Below, piece after piece: positions 12,924 to 23,599 of a stretch of 64,000 nt of DNA. Origin of the DNA: Squalus acanthias (Eukaryota). Under the pieces are notes generated by a model. It was given only the letters and a program-made list of their open reading frames with translations, did not search any database and was not told the DNA's origin. A program made the translations under genes and the position numbers. The DNA is taken from NCBI GenBank assembly GCA_030390025.1, contig CM059438.1, positions 62,312,001 through 62,376,000 on the forward strand, written 5' to 3'. The stretch's first letter is position 1, and each line of letters opens with the position of its first letter.

Positions 12924-15900
12924 TAATATTGTTTTGGCATGTAGAGTCACGTAGTGTGCCTGAATTTGGAGATGTTTGAAAGCGTTCTCGATAGTTGTTC
13001 TTGCTCCTGAAACAACACTGGTTCGGGAAACCACTTGCTGCCAAACCGGAACGGAGGATTCACTCCCTTTATCTCGCATGTCTGACAAACATGGTTGCTA
13101 CCCTGCCCCACCTCTTCTCTTAATTGTGAATTGTGTATTTTTTTTTCTTCAGCTGCTCCTTGTACAGTAGCCAAAATAAGATGGGGAAGCACACGTGGTA
13201 GGAGCTAGTTATTGGGTGTAGAGGAGCGAGAGCAGGCAGAGGAACTGTTTGCTTTCCTCTACCTGTCAGCTTAGAGAATTAATGAATCATTAGTGCGAGG
13301 GCAGGGAGTACTTAAGGGTCGGTGCAGTGAACATGAGGAAGAGGAATGTGTTAAATCGCATTGGTATTTATTTTTCTCTGGGAGGAAGGGAAGATATTTT
13401 TGCAAGTCTATGAGGTTATACTGGTCTGTGTTTCAACTAGCAACAGCAGGAGAGCTACTCCCATAGGTGAGGCTGCTTTACATGCATACTAATTCAAAAG
13501 CAATAATCTTAAGCAAGGGATTCAGACAAGCTATACTTGGAATCGTAGATAGCTAGGGGTGATTACAAAGCTTTCATCTCATCAAGAGGTTCTAATAATA
13601 GCATAAATGTTGAGAGCTGATCTTGGACAGTTTACAGTCATCATCCTTGGAACCTGGTGGTTCAGGAGGTACAGTGTACTGCCCTTTCACCTGTCAACAT
13701 CAACCCAGCCAGATTGATGGAATTAAAGGCTCCTCTATCTGTTAGTCTGCAATTGCCTTCAATAAACAACTCACTTGCTAGGGCCTGGGGAAGTTGGGGG
13801 TGATGGTGTGGGATGGACTCTGGGGAGAAGCACTGGAGGGACCTAGTAACTCGACCAGGAGTGCAAGCAGAAAAGGGCAAAAACCGCTAACAGAAGATCC
13901 ACTTAGATTGTGAACCAGGTGTCTTTGCTGGCACAATGTTGCCAATATTGTAGAAGCCTAAATACTATAACTCAAGTGTTTCTATACCATACAGTGTTTC
14001 TTTTGTCTGCACCTCTGTGAGCCTGATTCACAGTATAGTCTTTTGTAGCACAATTGATGTCACTTCAAGTGCTATGTTAGTTGGTTTGCAGAATTCAAGT
14101 GCTATCCCTCCATAAGCATTACACTGTGGGACTGAAGCCAAGGTCTGGCAGAAGGCTATTCAAAATTGTACTGAGCCTCTGGGTACTAATGTCCTATGAA
14201 AGGATATAGCACCATAAACACTAGTGTGGGATTCTATGAAGTTATTGTGATATGGTGTATTCCTACATCATGCAACTCTTATTGTTATTCTCCCTCCTCA
14301 CCCGGAAAAGCCTGCTATCTGACTTTGATCGTATTGGTAGGATGGTCCAGTCTACAGCCATTGATGTTGAATTCATCTGTTATACTATCTGGTCAATGAA
14401 GCAGGGGTGAGGGAAGGCACCCTTGTTGGTTTGTTTTTCAGTCCCTGCAGAAAAATTTGTCCTCTTGAAACTTCTTTTTCATTGCCTGGGTGAAGGAAAG
14501 AAAGAAGAGCACAAGTTCTAGTTTGAAGTTTGAGAATACAATTTGTATGCTATTAGTATTAATTTATTGTCCAAATTGAATTGAATTTGCACCCAGAAAT
14601 TCTCTTGGAAAAGCCAAAAGTGTTCTACTTGCACTAGTTGGGTGGTATAGATAAGATCACTATTGATCTAACCTTAGGTACATTTATTTTCCAATCCAAT
14701 ATCACTCTTAACTCTAAGTTAAATATACTGCATATTTACATGTTGTTCTGCCCAATGGAAGAAATCTGTTTAAATGCCCCTAACAAGAGCAGAGTAGCGT
14801 GGGATTGCTATTTTTACAATACTGATATTAACAATGGCAGTTTTTAAAATGTACACTAGATGGTCATTGTAAGCACTTGAGACTTCCTGTTATTCCAGGA
14901 AATTCAATAAGGTGCCACATAAAAGGTTACTGCACAAGATAAGAGCGCACTGGGTTGGGGGTAATATTTTGGCATGGATATGGGATTGGTTAACTAACAG
15001 AAAACAGAGAGTCGGGATAAATGGGTCATTTTCCGGTTGGCAACCAGTAACTAGTGGGGTGCCACAGGGATCAGTGCTGGGGCCTCAACTATTTACAATC
15101 TGTATTAATGACTTGGCTGAAGGGACCGAGTGTACTATAGCCAAATTTGCTGATGATACAAAGATAGGTGGGTTAGCAAGTTGTGAGGAGGGCACAAAGA
15201 GTCAGCAAAGGGATATAGATAGGTTAAGTGAGTGGGCAAAAATTTGCACATCAGAGCAGTGGGAGTCTTTCAGAAAGGAAATAGAGAGAGTACAACGCCA
15301 ACATGTTCCCGTAAAGGTCAAGGGTGGGACCAACAAGCCCAGGGAACCCTGGATGTCAAGGGATATATAAGAATGGATTCGGAAAAAAAGGGAGGCTTTT
15401 GGCAGATACAAAGGACTAAAAACAGTGGAAGCCCTAGAGGAGTATAGAAAGTGCATGGGGTACTTAAAAGAAATTAGGAGAGCGAAGAGGGGGCATGAAA
15501 AAACACTGGCGGGCAAAATAAAGGAAAATCCCAAGCTGTTTTATAAGTATATTAAGGGCAAGAGGATAACCAGGGAAAGAGTAGGGCCCATTAGGGACCA
15601 AAGTGGCAATCTGTGTGTAGAGCCGGAAGATGTGGGTGATATTTTAAATGAATATTTTGCATCTGTGTTCACGATGGAGAAGGACGATGTAGGCATAGAA
15701 ATCAGGCAGGGGGATTGTGATATACTTGAACAAATTAGTATTGAGAGGGAGGAGGTACTAGTGGTTTTAGCAGGCTTAAAAGTGGATAAATCCCCAAGCC
15801 CAGACGAGATGTATCCCAGGCTGCTGTGTGAGGCAAGGGAGGAGATTGCAGGGGCTCTGACACAAATTTTCAGAACCTCTCTGGCCACAGAGGAGGTGCC

Positions 15901-16268
15901 AGAGGACTGGAGGACAGCTAACGTAGTACCATTATTCAAGAAGGGTAGTAGGGATAAACCAGGGAATTACAGGCCAGTGAGCCTAACATCAGTGGTAGGG
16001 AAATTATTGGAAAAAATTCTGAGGGACAGAATTAGTCTCCACTTGGAGAGGCAGGGATTAATCAAGGATAGTCAGCATGGCTTTGTCAGGGGGAGATCAT
16101 GTCTAACCAATTTGATTGAATTTTTCGAGGGGGTGACTAGGTGTGTGTATGAGGGTAGTGCAGTTGATGTAGTCTACATGGACTTCAGTAAGGCTTTTGA
16201 CAAAGTCCTGCATGGGAGACTGGTCAAGAAGGTAAGAGCCCATGGGATCCAGGGCAATTTGGCACATT

Positions 16269-17117
16269 GGGGGAAAAATTCAGTTGGTTGCGCCTCCCGT
16301 TAGCGCCTTAAGAGGGCGCTAATGGGGCGCAAAGCAACTAGCACCCGGGCGCGGCGATGTTTGCGCCGCTCGCGAAATTAACTAGACATTTTGCGGCGGC
16401 GCTAAACACTACCGCCACGATCTCCTGCGCCTGCAGATCGTGACGTCAGTCGAGTGCATAGCGCCCCAGAGCGGATATTGAGTGGCGCCCCCTGCCTTAC
16501 CGCCTGCCGCTAGCAACGACGAAGGGACTGGGGGAGCGCTATTTAAAGGCGACCACTTCCTGCCTTTTTTTGTTGGTGACATTTTTGAACCACGCATTCT
16601 GAGAGAGAGAGACTTCTGGAGAGATTCCACGCTGTGTGCAGGAGTTTTTGGTACTGAACAGGACTTTGCAGGTTCATTTTGATTTGCCCTTCCTTGTATC
16701 GATTTAGAAGAGACTGTGGGGGTTGCACGCTGAGCTCTTTCCCTGGTACTCTCCATTGTTCTTTCCAGCAGATTTGATGTACAGGTCTCTCCAGGCTGAG
16801 ATTCAAGGCTGCAATGAGCAGGATGTGGATGGAAAGCAAGATCAACCCTCCCCTTTAAGAACTGGCCAGCGCCATTGTGTCTGTGTTCCATTGCTGACTG
16901 ACATCACATGAGCTTCGCCAGCGCTCTGAGTTAGCGCCTCGCTTCTCGGCCTTTGCGCCTTAAGACAGATGTGTAGCGCCTGATTTAGCGCTCCAATCAC
17001 CTCCAGGGGCGATAAAAGTCAAGTTTGCAGTCAGAGCCGATAATTAGCGCCAGCCGCTAATCTTTGCGCCCGGCTGAGAATTGCGCCCCAAATGGGGCGA
17101 TACTGAATTTTTCCCCC
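16269..17117. mobile_element. PIF/Harbinger-type non-autonomous element (family B)
   Basis: Perfect 16-bp TIR GGGGGAAAAATTCAGT, ATT TSD inside the CR1 RT, many subterminal TAGCGCC/GGCGCTA repeats. Confidence 0.85.
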
Positions 17118-17612
17118 ATTGGATCCAAAATTTTCTTAGTGGCAGGAGGCAGAGGGTGCTGGTCGAAGGTTGTTTTTGTGACTGGAAGCCTGTGTCCAGT
17201 GGTGTACCGCAGGGATCGGTGCTGGGTCCTTTGCTGTTTGTAGTGTACATTAATGATTTAAATATGAATGTAGGAGGTATGATCAGTAAGTTCGCAGATG
17301 ACACGAAAATTGGTGGAGTGGTAAATAGCGAGGAGGGAAGCCTCAGGCTACAGGACGATACAGACGGGTTGGTCAGATGGGCAGAACAGTGGCAAATGGA
17401 ATTTAACCCTGAAAAGTGTGAGGTGATGCATTTTGGGAGGAGTAACAAGGCAAGGGAATACACAATGAATGGTAGGATCCTAGGAAGGACAGAGGATCAG
17501 AGGGACCTTGGTGTGCATGTACATAGATCTCTGAAGGCAGCAGGACAGGTAGATAAGGTGGTTAAGAAGGCATATGGGATACTTGCCTTCATTAGCCGAG
17601 GCATAGAATATA

Positions 17613-17688
17613 GCAGCCGCTCCGAAAGCTTGTGATTTCAAATAAAACTGTTGGACTATAACCTGGTGTTGTGCGACTTCTCACTTTT
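17613..17688 (+). mobile_element. Penelope-like family 1 single-arm fragment
   Basis: Matches the hairpin arms. TSD ATAGAATATA (17603-17612, 17689-17698) inside the CR1. Confidence 0.85.
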
Positions 17689-18380
17689 ATAGAATATAAG
17701 AGCAGGGAGTTTATGATGGAGCTGTACAAAACGCTAGTTAGGCCACAGCTGGAATACTGTGTGCAGTTCTGGTCGCCACACTATAGGAAGGATGTGATTG
17801 CATTGGAGAGGGTGCAGAGGAGATTCACCAGGATGTTACCTGGGCTGGAGCGCTTCAGCTATGAAGAGAGACTGGACAGGCTGGGGTTGTTTTCCTTAGA
17901 GCAGAGAAGGCTGAGGGGGGACCTGATTGAGGTGTACAAAATTATGAGGGGCATAGATAGGGTAGATAGAAAGGAACTTTTCCCCTTAGTAGAGGGGTCA
18001 ATAACCAGGGGGCATAGTTTCAAGGTAAGGGGCAGGAGGTTTAGAGGGGATTTGAGGAAAAACTTTTTCACCCAGAGGGTGGTTGGAATCTGAAACTCAC
18101 TGCCTGAAAGGGTGGTAGAGGCAGGAACCCTCACAACATTCAAGAAGCATTTAGATGAGCACTTGAAACGCCATAGCATACAAGGCTACGGACCAAGTGC
18201 TGGAAAATGGGATTAGAATAGATAGGGCTTGATGGCCGGCGCGGACACGATGGACCGAAGGGCCTCTTTCTGTGCTGTATAAATCTATGACTCTACCTAT
18301 GACTCTATGGCAGATGGAGTACAATGTGGGAAAATGTGAGGTTATCCACTTTGGAAGGAAGAATGCAAGAGCAAATTATT

Positions 18381-19123
18381 GGCCCAAAAATTCATCCCGG
18401 TGCGCGAGAGTACGCACTGCATACTCTCGCGTATTCCCTCTGCAATTGCCGGTTTTCTGCATGCCCTGCGCATGCGCTGAAAACCGGCAATTGCTCTTTT
18501 GAAAAGGGGGCGGTTCCTCGGTGCATCGCGTGCGCGCTACAGGCTGTGCGCACGCTGTGCACTTCATGCTTTGGACGCGCAGGTAAGTACTGAAGATTTT
18601 AGAAATGTAAAAAGGAGGAGTAAGACCCACTTTTAACAAGGTAAGTAGTGAATTAAGTATTTTTTTGAATTTTTTTTACAGGTATATCTTTTTTAGAGAC
18701 TTTAAAGACAGGTAAGTTTATTTTTATAACTTTTTAAAAGATTTTAAATTTTTTCAAAAATTTAATTTTTTATTTAAAATGGTTAATTTATTTAACTATA
18801 CTTATTTTATTAATGTGATGGTTTTTTTTTAAAATTTAATTGAGGTTTAGCTGTTATTTTGGGGGGGTGTAAGATTCATAGATTTCACAGCCGTGCTGTG
18901 AAACTTATGAATGGAAGATGGTGTGCTGCCATTGGCTCTAACTGAGTCACGTGATCCCACAGCTCGCACGAATTCACTACGCCGGTGGGATACGCAAGCA
19001 CTGCCCGGCTGATGTCTGGAACATCAAGTTCGTGCGAGCTGGATCTGAAAAAGCACAAGCGAGGTGAGAGATCGCGGGGAAGGCTTACCCCCACGGGAAC
19101 AGAGCGAGATCAATTTCTGGGCC
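18381..19123. mobile_element. PIF/Harbinger-type MITE (family A/C)
   Basis: TIR GGCCCAAAAATTCATC / rc GGCCCAGAAATTGATC and an unambiguous ATT 3-bp TSD inside the CR1 RT. Confidence 0.85.
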
Positions 19124-20434
19124 ATTATTTAAATGGAGTGAGACTACAAAATGTTGTGGTACAAAGGGATCTGGGGGTCCTCGTACATGAAACACAAAAA
19201 CTTAGCATGCAGGTACAGCAAGTAATTAGGAAGGCTAATGGAATGTTGGCCTTTATTGCAAGGGGTATGGAGTATAAAAGTAGGGAAGTTTTGATGCAAC
19301 TTTACAGGGCGCTGGTGAGACCGCACCTGGAGTACTGTGTACAGTTGTGGTCTCCATATTTAAGGAAGGATATACTTGCATTGGAGGCAGTACAGAGAAG
19401 GTTCACTAGGTTGATTCCTGGGATGAAGGGGTTGACGTATGACGAAAGGTTGAGCAGGTTGGGCCTATACTCATTGGAGTTTAGAAGAATGAGAGGTGAT
19501 CTTATTGAAACATATAAGATTCTGAGGGGGGTTGACAGGGTAGATGCTGAGAGGATGTTTCCCCTAGTGGGGGTATCTAGAACTAGATGGCATAGTTTCA
19601 GAATAAAGGGTCGCCCATTTAAGACAGAGATGAGAAGGAATTTCTTCTCTGAGGGTCGTGAATCTTTGGAATTCTCTACCCCGGAGAGCTGTGGAGGCGG
19701 AGTCATTGAATATATTCAAGGCGGAGATTGACAGACATTTGAACTACAAGGGAGTCAAGTGGTATGGGGAGAGAGTGGGAAAGTGGTGTTGAGGACAAGA
19801 TTGGATCAGCCATGATCTTATTGAATGGCGGAGCAGGCTCGAGGAGCCGATTGGTCTACTCCTGCTCCTGTTTCTTATGTTCTTATGAAATTAATTTACT
19901 AAGCACTCAAAGCCCTACTAATCTGCAGACTATTAGCATTGTTTCCTTATGTGAAGGTCTGACTTTTTGGTTTCTGGTTTGCATTAACACAGTGTTACTT
20001 TTAACAAAAACATCTAAAATTGCAGAAGCTTTTATGATCAATTTTGTTTTTGGTCATTTCTCTTTGGTTGTATTTGGATAGTTCACATTATCTCTGATAT
20101 GTGCATGCAGCGGCATTGGCAGAAATCCCTGTCCCCATGGCATCCTCATATTGCAGCAAGCCAGTGCTTGAAAACTTCAATTATTCTGCTACCTTGATAT
20201 GTCTCCTTAATTGCAAAAATCTTCTGTCAAGATGTTGCAGAAATACCTGTAATGAGGACTTCTGACTGGCAATATTGATGCTAATGGGGACGTGTGCTTC
20301 AGTAATTTGTTCTATTCAGCAGTAAAATATTTCCTGCTGCAATGTTTCCAAAGCAATTTAGTAATTTCTGTGTTTGTTCAATATGTAAATGAAACTTTAA
20401 ATGATTTAGATTAACACTTTCTTTCCTGTGACAC

Positions 20435-20800
20435 TGCTGGTGGTTCAGTGGGCATGTGAATTCTGTACGGTGGTCATGAGCTGTACAGGTCTGGAGGCTC
20501 CCAGGTCCAATCCCTGATCTGTGCTGATTGAGCTGATCTCTGTGGGGGCGGCAATAGTGAGGTCCAGTTGGTCTCAACTGTCCCCAGGTTAGGGAGGGGG
20601 AAAATTAGCCGGGGTTTCTGTTCCAGAATACTGCCCCTCAGTCACTCCTGCTGGGAAAGTATGTGTGTATGGATGTTTGTTGAGGAGAAGATTGGGTCAG
20701 CTGTGATGCTTGTATGGTAGAATAGTCCTTCAGAATCTGCTGACTCGGCTCCTCGATAACGAATGAGCGCTTGCTTGAAGTACTGAGATCAGGTAATATG
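20435..20800 (+). mobile_element. Ancient unnamed tRNA-headed SINE-like repeat
   Basis: A-box-like GGTTCAGTGGG, B-box-like GGTCCAATCC, and a body shared with many degraded copies in the window. Confidence 0.6.
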
Positions 20801-22855
20801 GAGCCACATTGAGTGTGTTCAAAATGACAGCAGAGTCTGCCGTGTAATCTGCATTCCCATTGATGGCTGGTATCAGCTAAAATTGTTTAATAGTGAAAAG
20901 GAGACTCCAATTTTGCCCCAGTCAGGTCTTTATTTTGCAATTCTAGACTTGGGGCTGTAACTACAGTTATTTTCTGAATTGTTCATATACCTTCTATTAA
21001 AATTTACAGGATGCTTTCAAGGTGCTGACTAATTATGTTAATAGGTTCTTTGCTCCATGCCCTGCCCACGACCCCCTAGTCAGCATACTCGTGTGTTGTG
21101 CTTTTGTCTTGCTCAATACTGTTGTGACTTTGGTTTGGTATTTGTGAAGGAAAAATGAGGAAATCCAACTGATTTGTATAGTACTCTGCTGTACTTCTGT
21201 CCTTGGAAATTTTCCATTCCTGGTTTTTAAGCAATCCTTTAGAGAAAATCTGTTGCGTGCTGTAGATTGGGACAGGCTTCCTTCATGCATTTCCTCCTTC
21301 CTGAATCTGCTGTTATAAAAACACACACACGAGCGTTCCTTAGTTACTGTATCTGTGGGCGTAGTAACCTTTTTCCATCTTTTTTAGGTTTTCCCAGCCT
21401 AAGCCTGTAGCTGGACGGCATGTGCAATGCTAATTTCCACTGCAGTCCTGAAATCCGTGCAAGCAAATCAATAATGGAAATCGGATGGTGCATTCAACCA
21501 CTAGGCCATGGTGTCAGCTGGCTATTAAATCCCCATAAACTAACATAGCTACTGATCATTAGAATATAAACTATCCAATTGAACCAGCAATGTCCAAATA
21601 CTTTCCCTTTATAAGCTGCTCAACATGAAGTCCCTGGGCTGTATATTAAAAAGCTGTGGAATACCAGTCCCACCATCATCAACCTCCTTGGGATGGCCCA
21701 GGATTTTCTTTTACCCTTTTCGGGTCATTTTTGATACGTTCCACACCCTCCCAATTTCAACACGCCGCCTCCTCCTCCTCCTTCCTGATTCCTCCAACCA
21801 CCCCCGCACCCCCGTACATGCTGTCAGTCATCCCCGCAAACCCCACCCCAATTCAGGTTGGTATTCTAATCCACCCTATTCCGCCCCCCCCCCCCCCCTT
21901 CAAATTTCATGCTGTAAGTCCCCCCACTCCCTTCAATTTCCTACTGGCGGTATTGGGTCTCCTTCCCATGTGCTGCACCCTCCCAGAATGGCTTCCAGTG
22001 CACTCTGTCCCCAACCCCCAGCACAGCTGCTGGTTCCTATCCCCTGCTGCTACTGCTCTGTGTCATTCAACATCACCACATTCTGGGTGGAAATTCCTGA
22101 TGCGATGCCGACGGGGAGGAGCTTGGAGTTGCCGTGTATGAAGGCTTCCCATACTGTTGGGGAGTAGTTTTAAAAACAAGCAAATCTATTAATACTGGGT
22201 TAATAATATAACTTTTTGTGGCTTTAGTATGTATAGCTTCTCATTGCGGGGCTTCATTTTTAATTTACCACATGTTTTGCTACCAACTACAGTAATTCAA
22301 ACTCCATATACAGTGTGCCATAGTGATTTTTACTCTCATGTAATCACTTGAGTTTTAAAGCAACCTTATTATGTCCTTCACTAATACAGCACTTAAAGAT
22401 TATTGCTTGCAGGGATTTAATAAGAACGAAAGACTTGCATTTATATAGCACTTTTCACAACCACCAGACGTCTCAAAGCGCTTTACAGCCAATGAAGTAT
22501 TTTTTGAAGTGTAGTCACTGTTGTAATGTAGGAAACGCAGCAGGTAATTTGCGCACATCAAGCTCCCACAAACAGCAATGTGATAATGACCAGATAATTT
22601 TTTTTTTGTGATGTTGATTGAGGGATAAATATTGACCAGGACACCGGAGATAACCCTCCTGCTCTTCTTCGAAATAGTGCCATAGGATCTTTTACGTCCA
22701 ACTGCGAGGGCAGACGGGGCCTCGGTTTTAACGTCTTATCCGAAAGACGGCACCTCCGACAGTGCAGCACTCCCTCAGCACTGCACTGAAGTGTCAGCCT
22801 AGATTTTTGTGCTCAAGTCTCTGGAGTGGGACTTGAACCCACAACCTTCTGACTC

Positions 22856-23430
22856 ATAAGAACATAAGAATTAGGAGCAGGAGGAGACCATATGGCCCTT
22901 CAGTGTCAGTTAGTCAGTGGCTCAGTTGGTAGCACCCTCGCCTCTGAGTGCTGTTTGTGGGAGCTTGCTGTGCGCAAATTGGCTGCTGCGTTTCCTACAT
23001 TACAACAGTGACTACACTTCAAAAAAGTACTTCATTTTGGGACGTCCGGTGGTCGTGAATGGCGCTATATAAATGCAAGTCTTTCTTTCTTTTTATAGCC
23101 TGCTCCGCCATTCAATAAGATCATGGCTGATCTTCGACCTCAACTCCACTTTCCTGCCCTAACCCCATATCCCTTGATTCCCCTAGAGTCCAAAAATCTA
23201 TCTATCTCAACCTTGAATATACTCAAAGACTGAGCATCCACAGCCCTTTGGGGTAGAGAATTCCAAAGATTCACAACCCTCTGAAGAAATTCCTCCTCAT
23301 CTCAGTCTTAAGTGGCCGACCCCTTATCCTGAGACTATGCCCCCTAGTTCTAGACTCTCCAGCCAGGGGAAACAACCTCTCAGCATCTACCCTGTCAATC
23401 TCCCTCAGCATCTACCCTGTCAATTCCCCT
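22856..23430 (-). mobile_element. CR1 3' fragment, itself interrupted by a SINE
   Basis: CATAAGAA tail units and CR1 3' coding remnant, with a ~22-bp tandem duplication near its 5' junction. Confidence 0.85.
22902..23095 (+). mobile_element. Internally deleted SacSINE1-type SINE (head fused to tail)
   Basis: GTGGCTCAGTTGGTAGCACCCTCGCCTCTGAG joined directly to TGCTGTTTGTGGGAGC and the tail. Confidence 0.8.
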
Positions 23431-23599
23431 CAGAGGTGAGGGTGCTACCAACCTTGCCTGAAGAATGTTTATGCTCACAGCCTGCTAGTCTTATTAGCAT
23501 CTTTAGACTGCACTCCACACTCCCTTATACAACATGTTTGAATAGTACTAGCACAGTTTCTCACTGTCTCAAACAGTTTTGTTGTCCAGATTAAATTTC

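Larger units (their letters stand above)
15247..18309 (+). mobile_element. Inner CR1 LINE of a different family, 5'-truncated
   Basis: ORFs 15425-16303, 17081-17635 and 17671-18093 are consecutive RT pieces. CTATGACT tail units. Confidence 0.92.
14903..19887 (+). mobile_element. Outer 5'-truncated CR1 LINE (segments 14903-15246, 18310-18380, 19124-19887) hosting nested insertions
   Basis: The RT reading (LSEWAKI|WQMEYNVGKCEVIHFG...ANY|YLNGVRLQ) is continuous once the inserts are removed. TTCTTATG tail. Confidence 0.9.
22425..23452 (-). mobile_element. SacSINE1-type SINE split by a CR1 3' fragment
   Basis: Body and tail at 22425-22855. The tRNA head resumes at about 23430 (CTCAGAGGTGAGGGTGCTACCAAC). 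Confidence 0.85.

Noticed and set aside
16265..17121. 5-bp TSD (CATTG, and CATAG for MITE D)
   Set aside because: Ambiguous only because the target C/G matches the TIR ends. The insertion at 18381-19123 shows an unambiguous 3-bp ATT duplication.
18985..19731. 248-aa ORF as a novel gene
   Set aside because: Chance read-through from MITE C sequence into CR1 RT C-terminal sequence.
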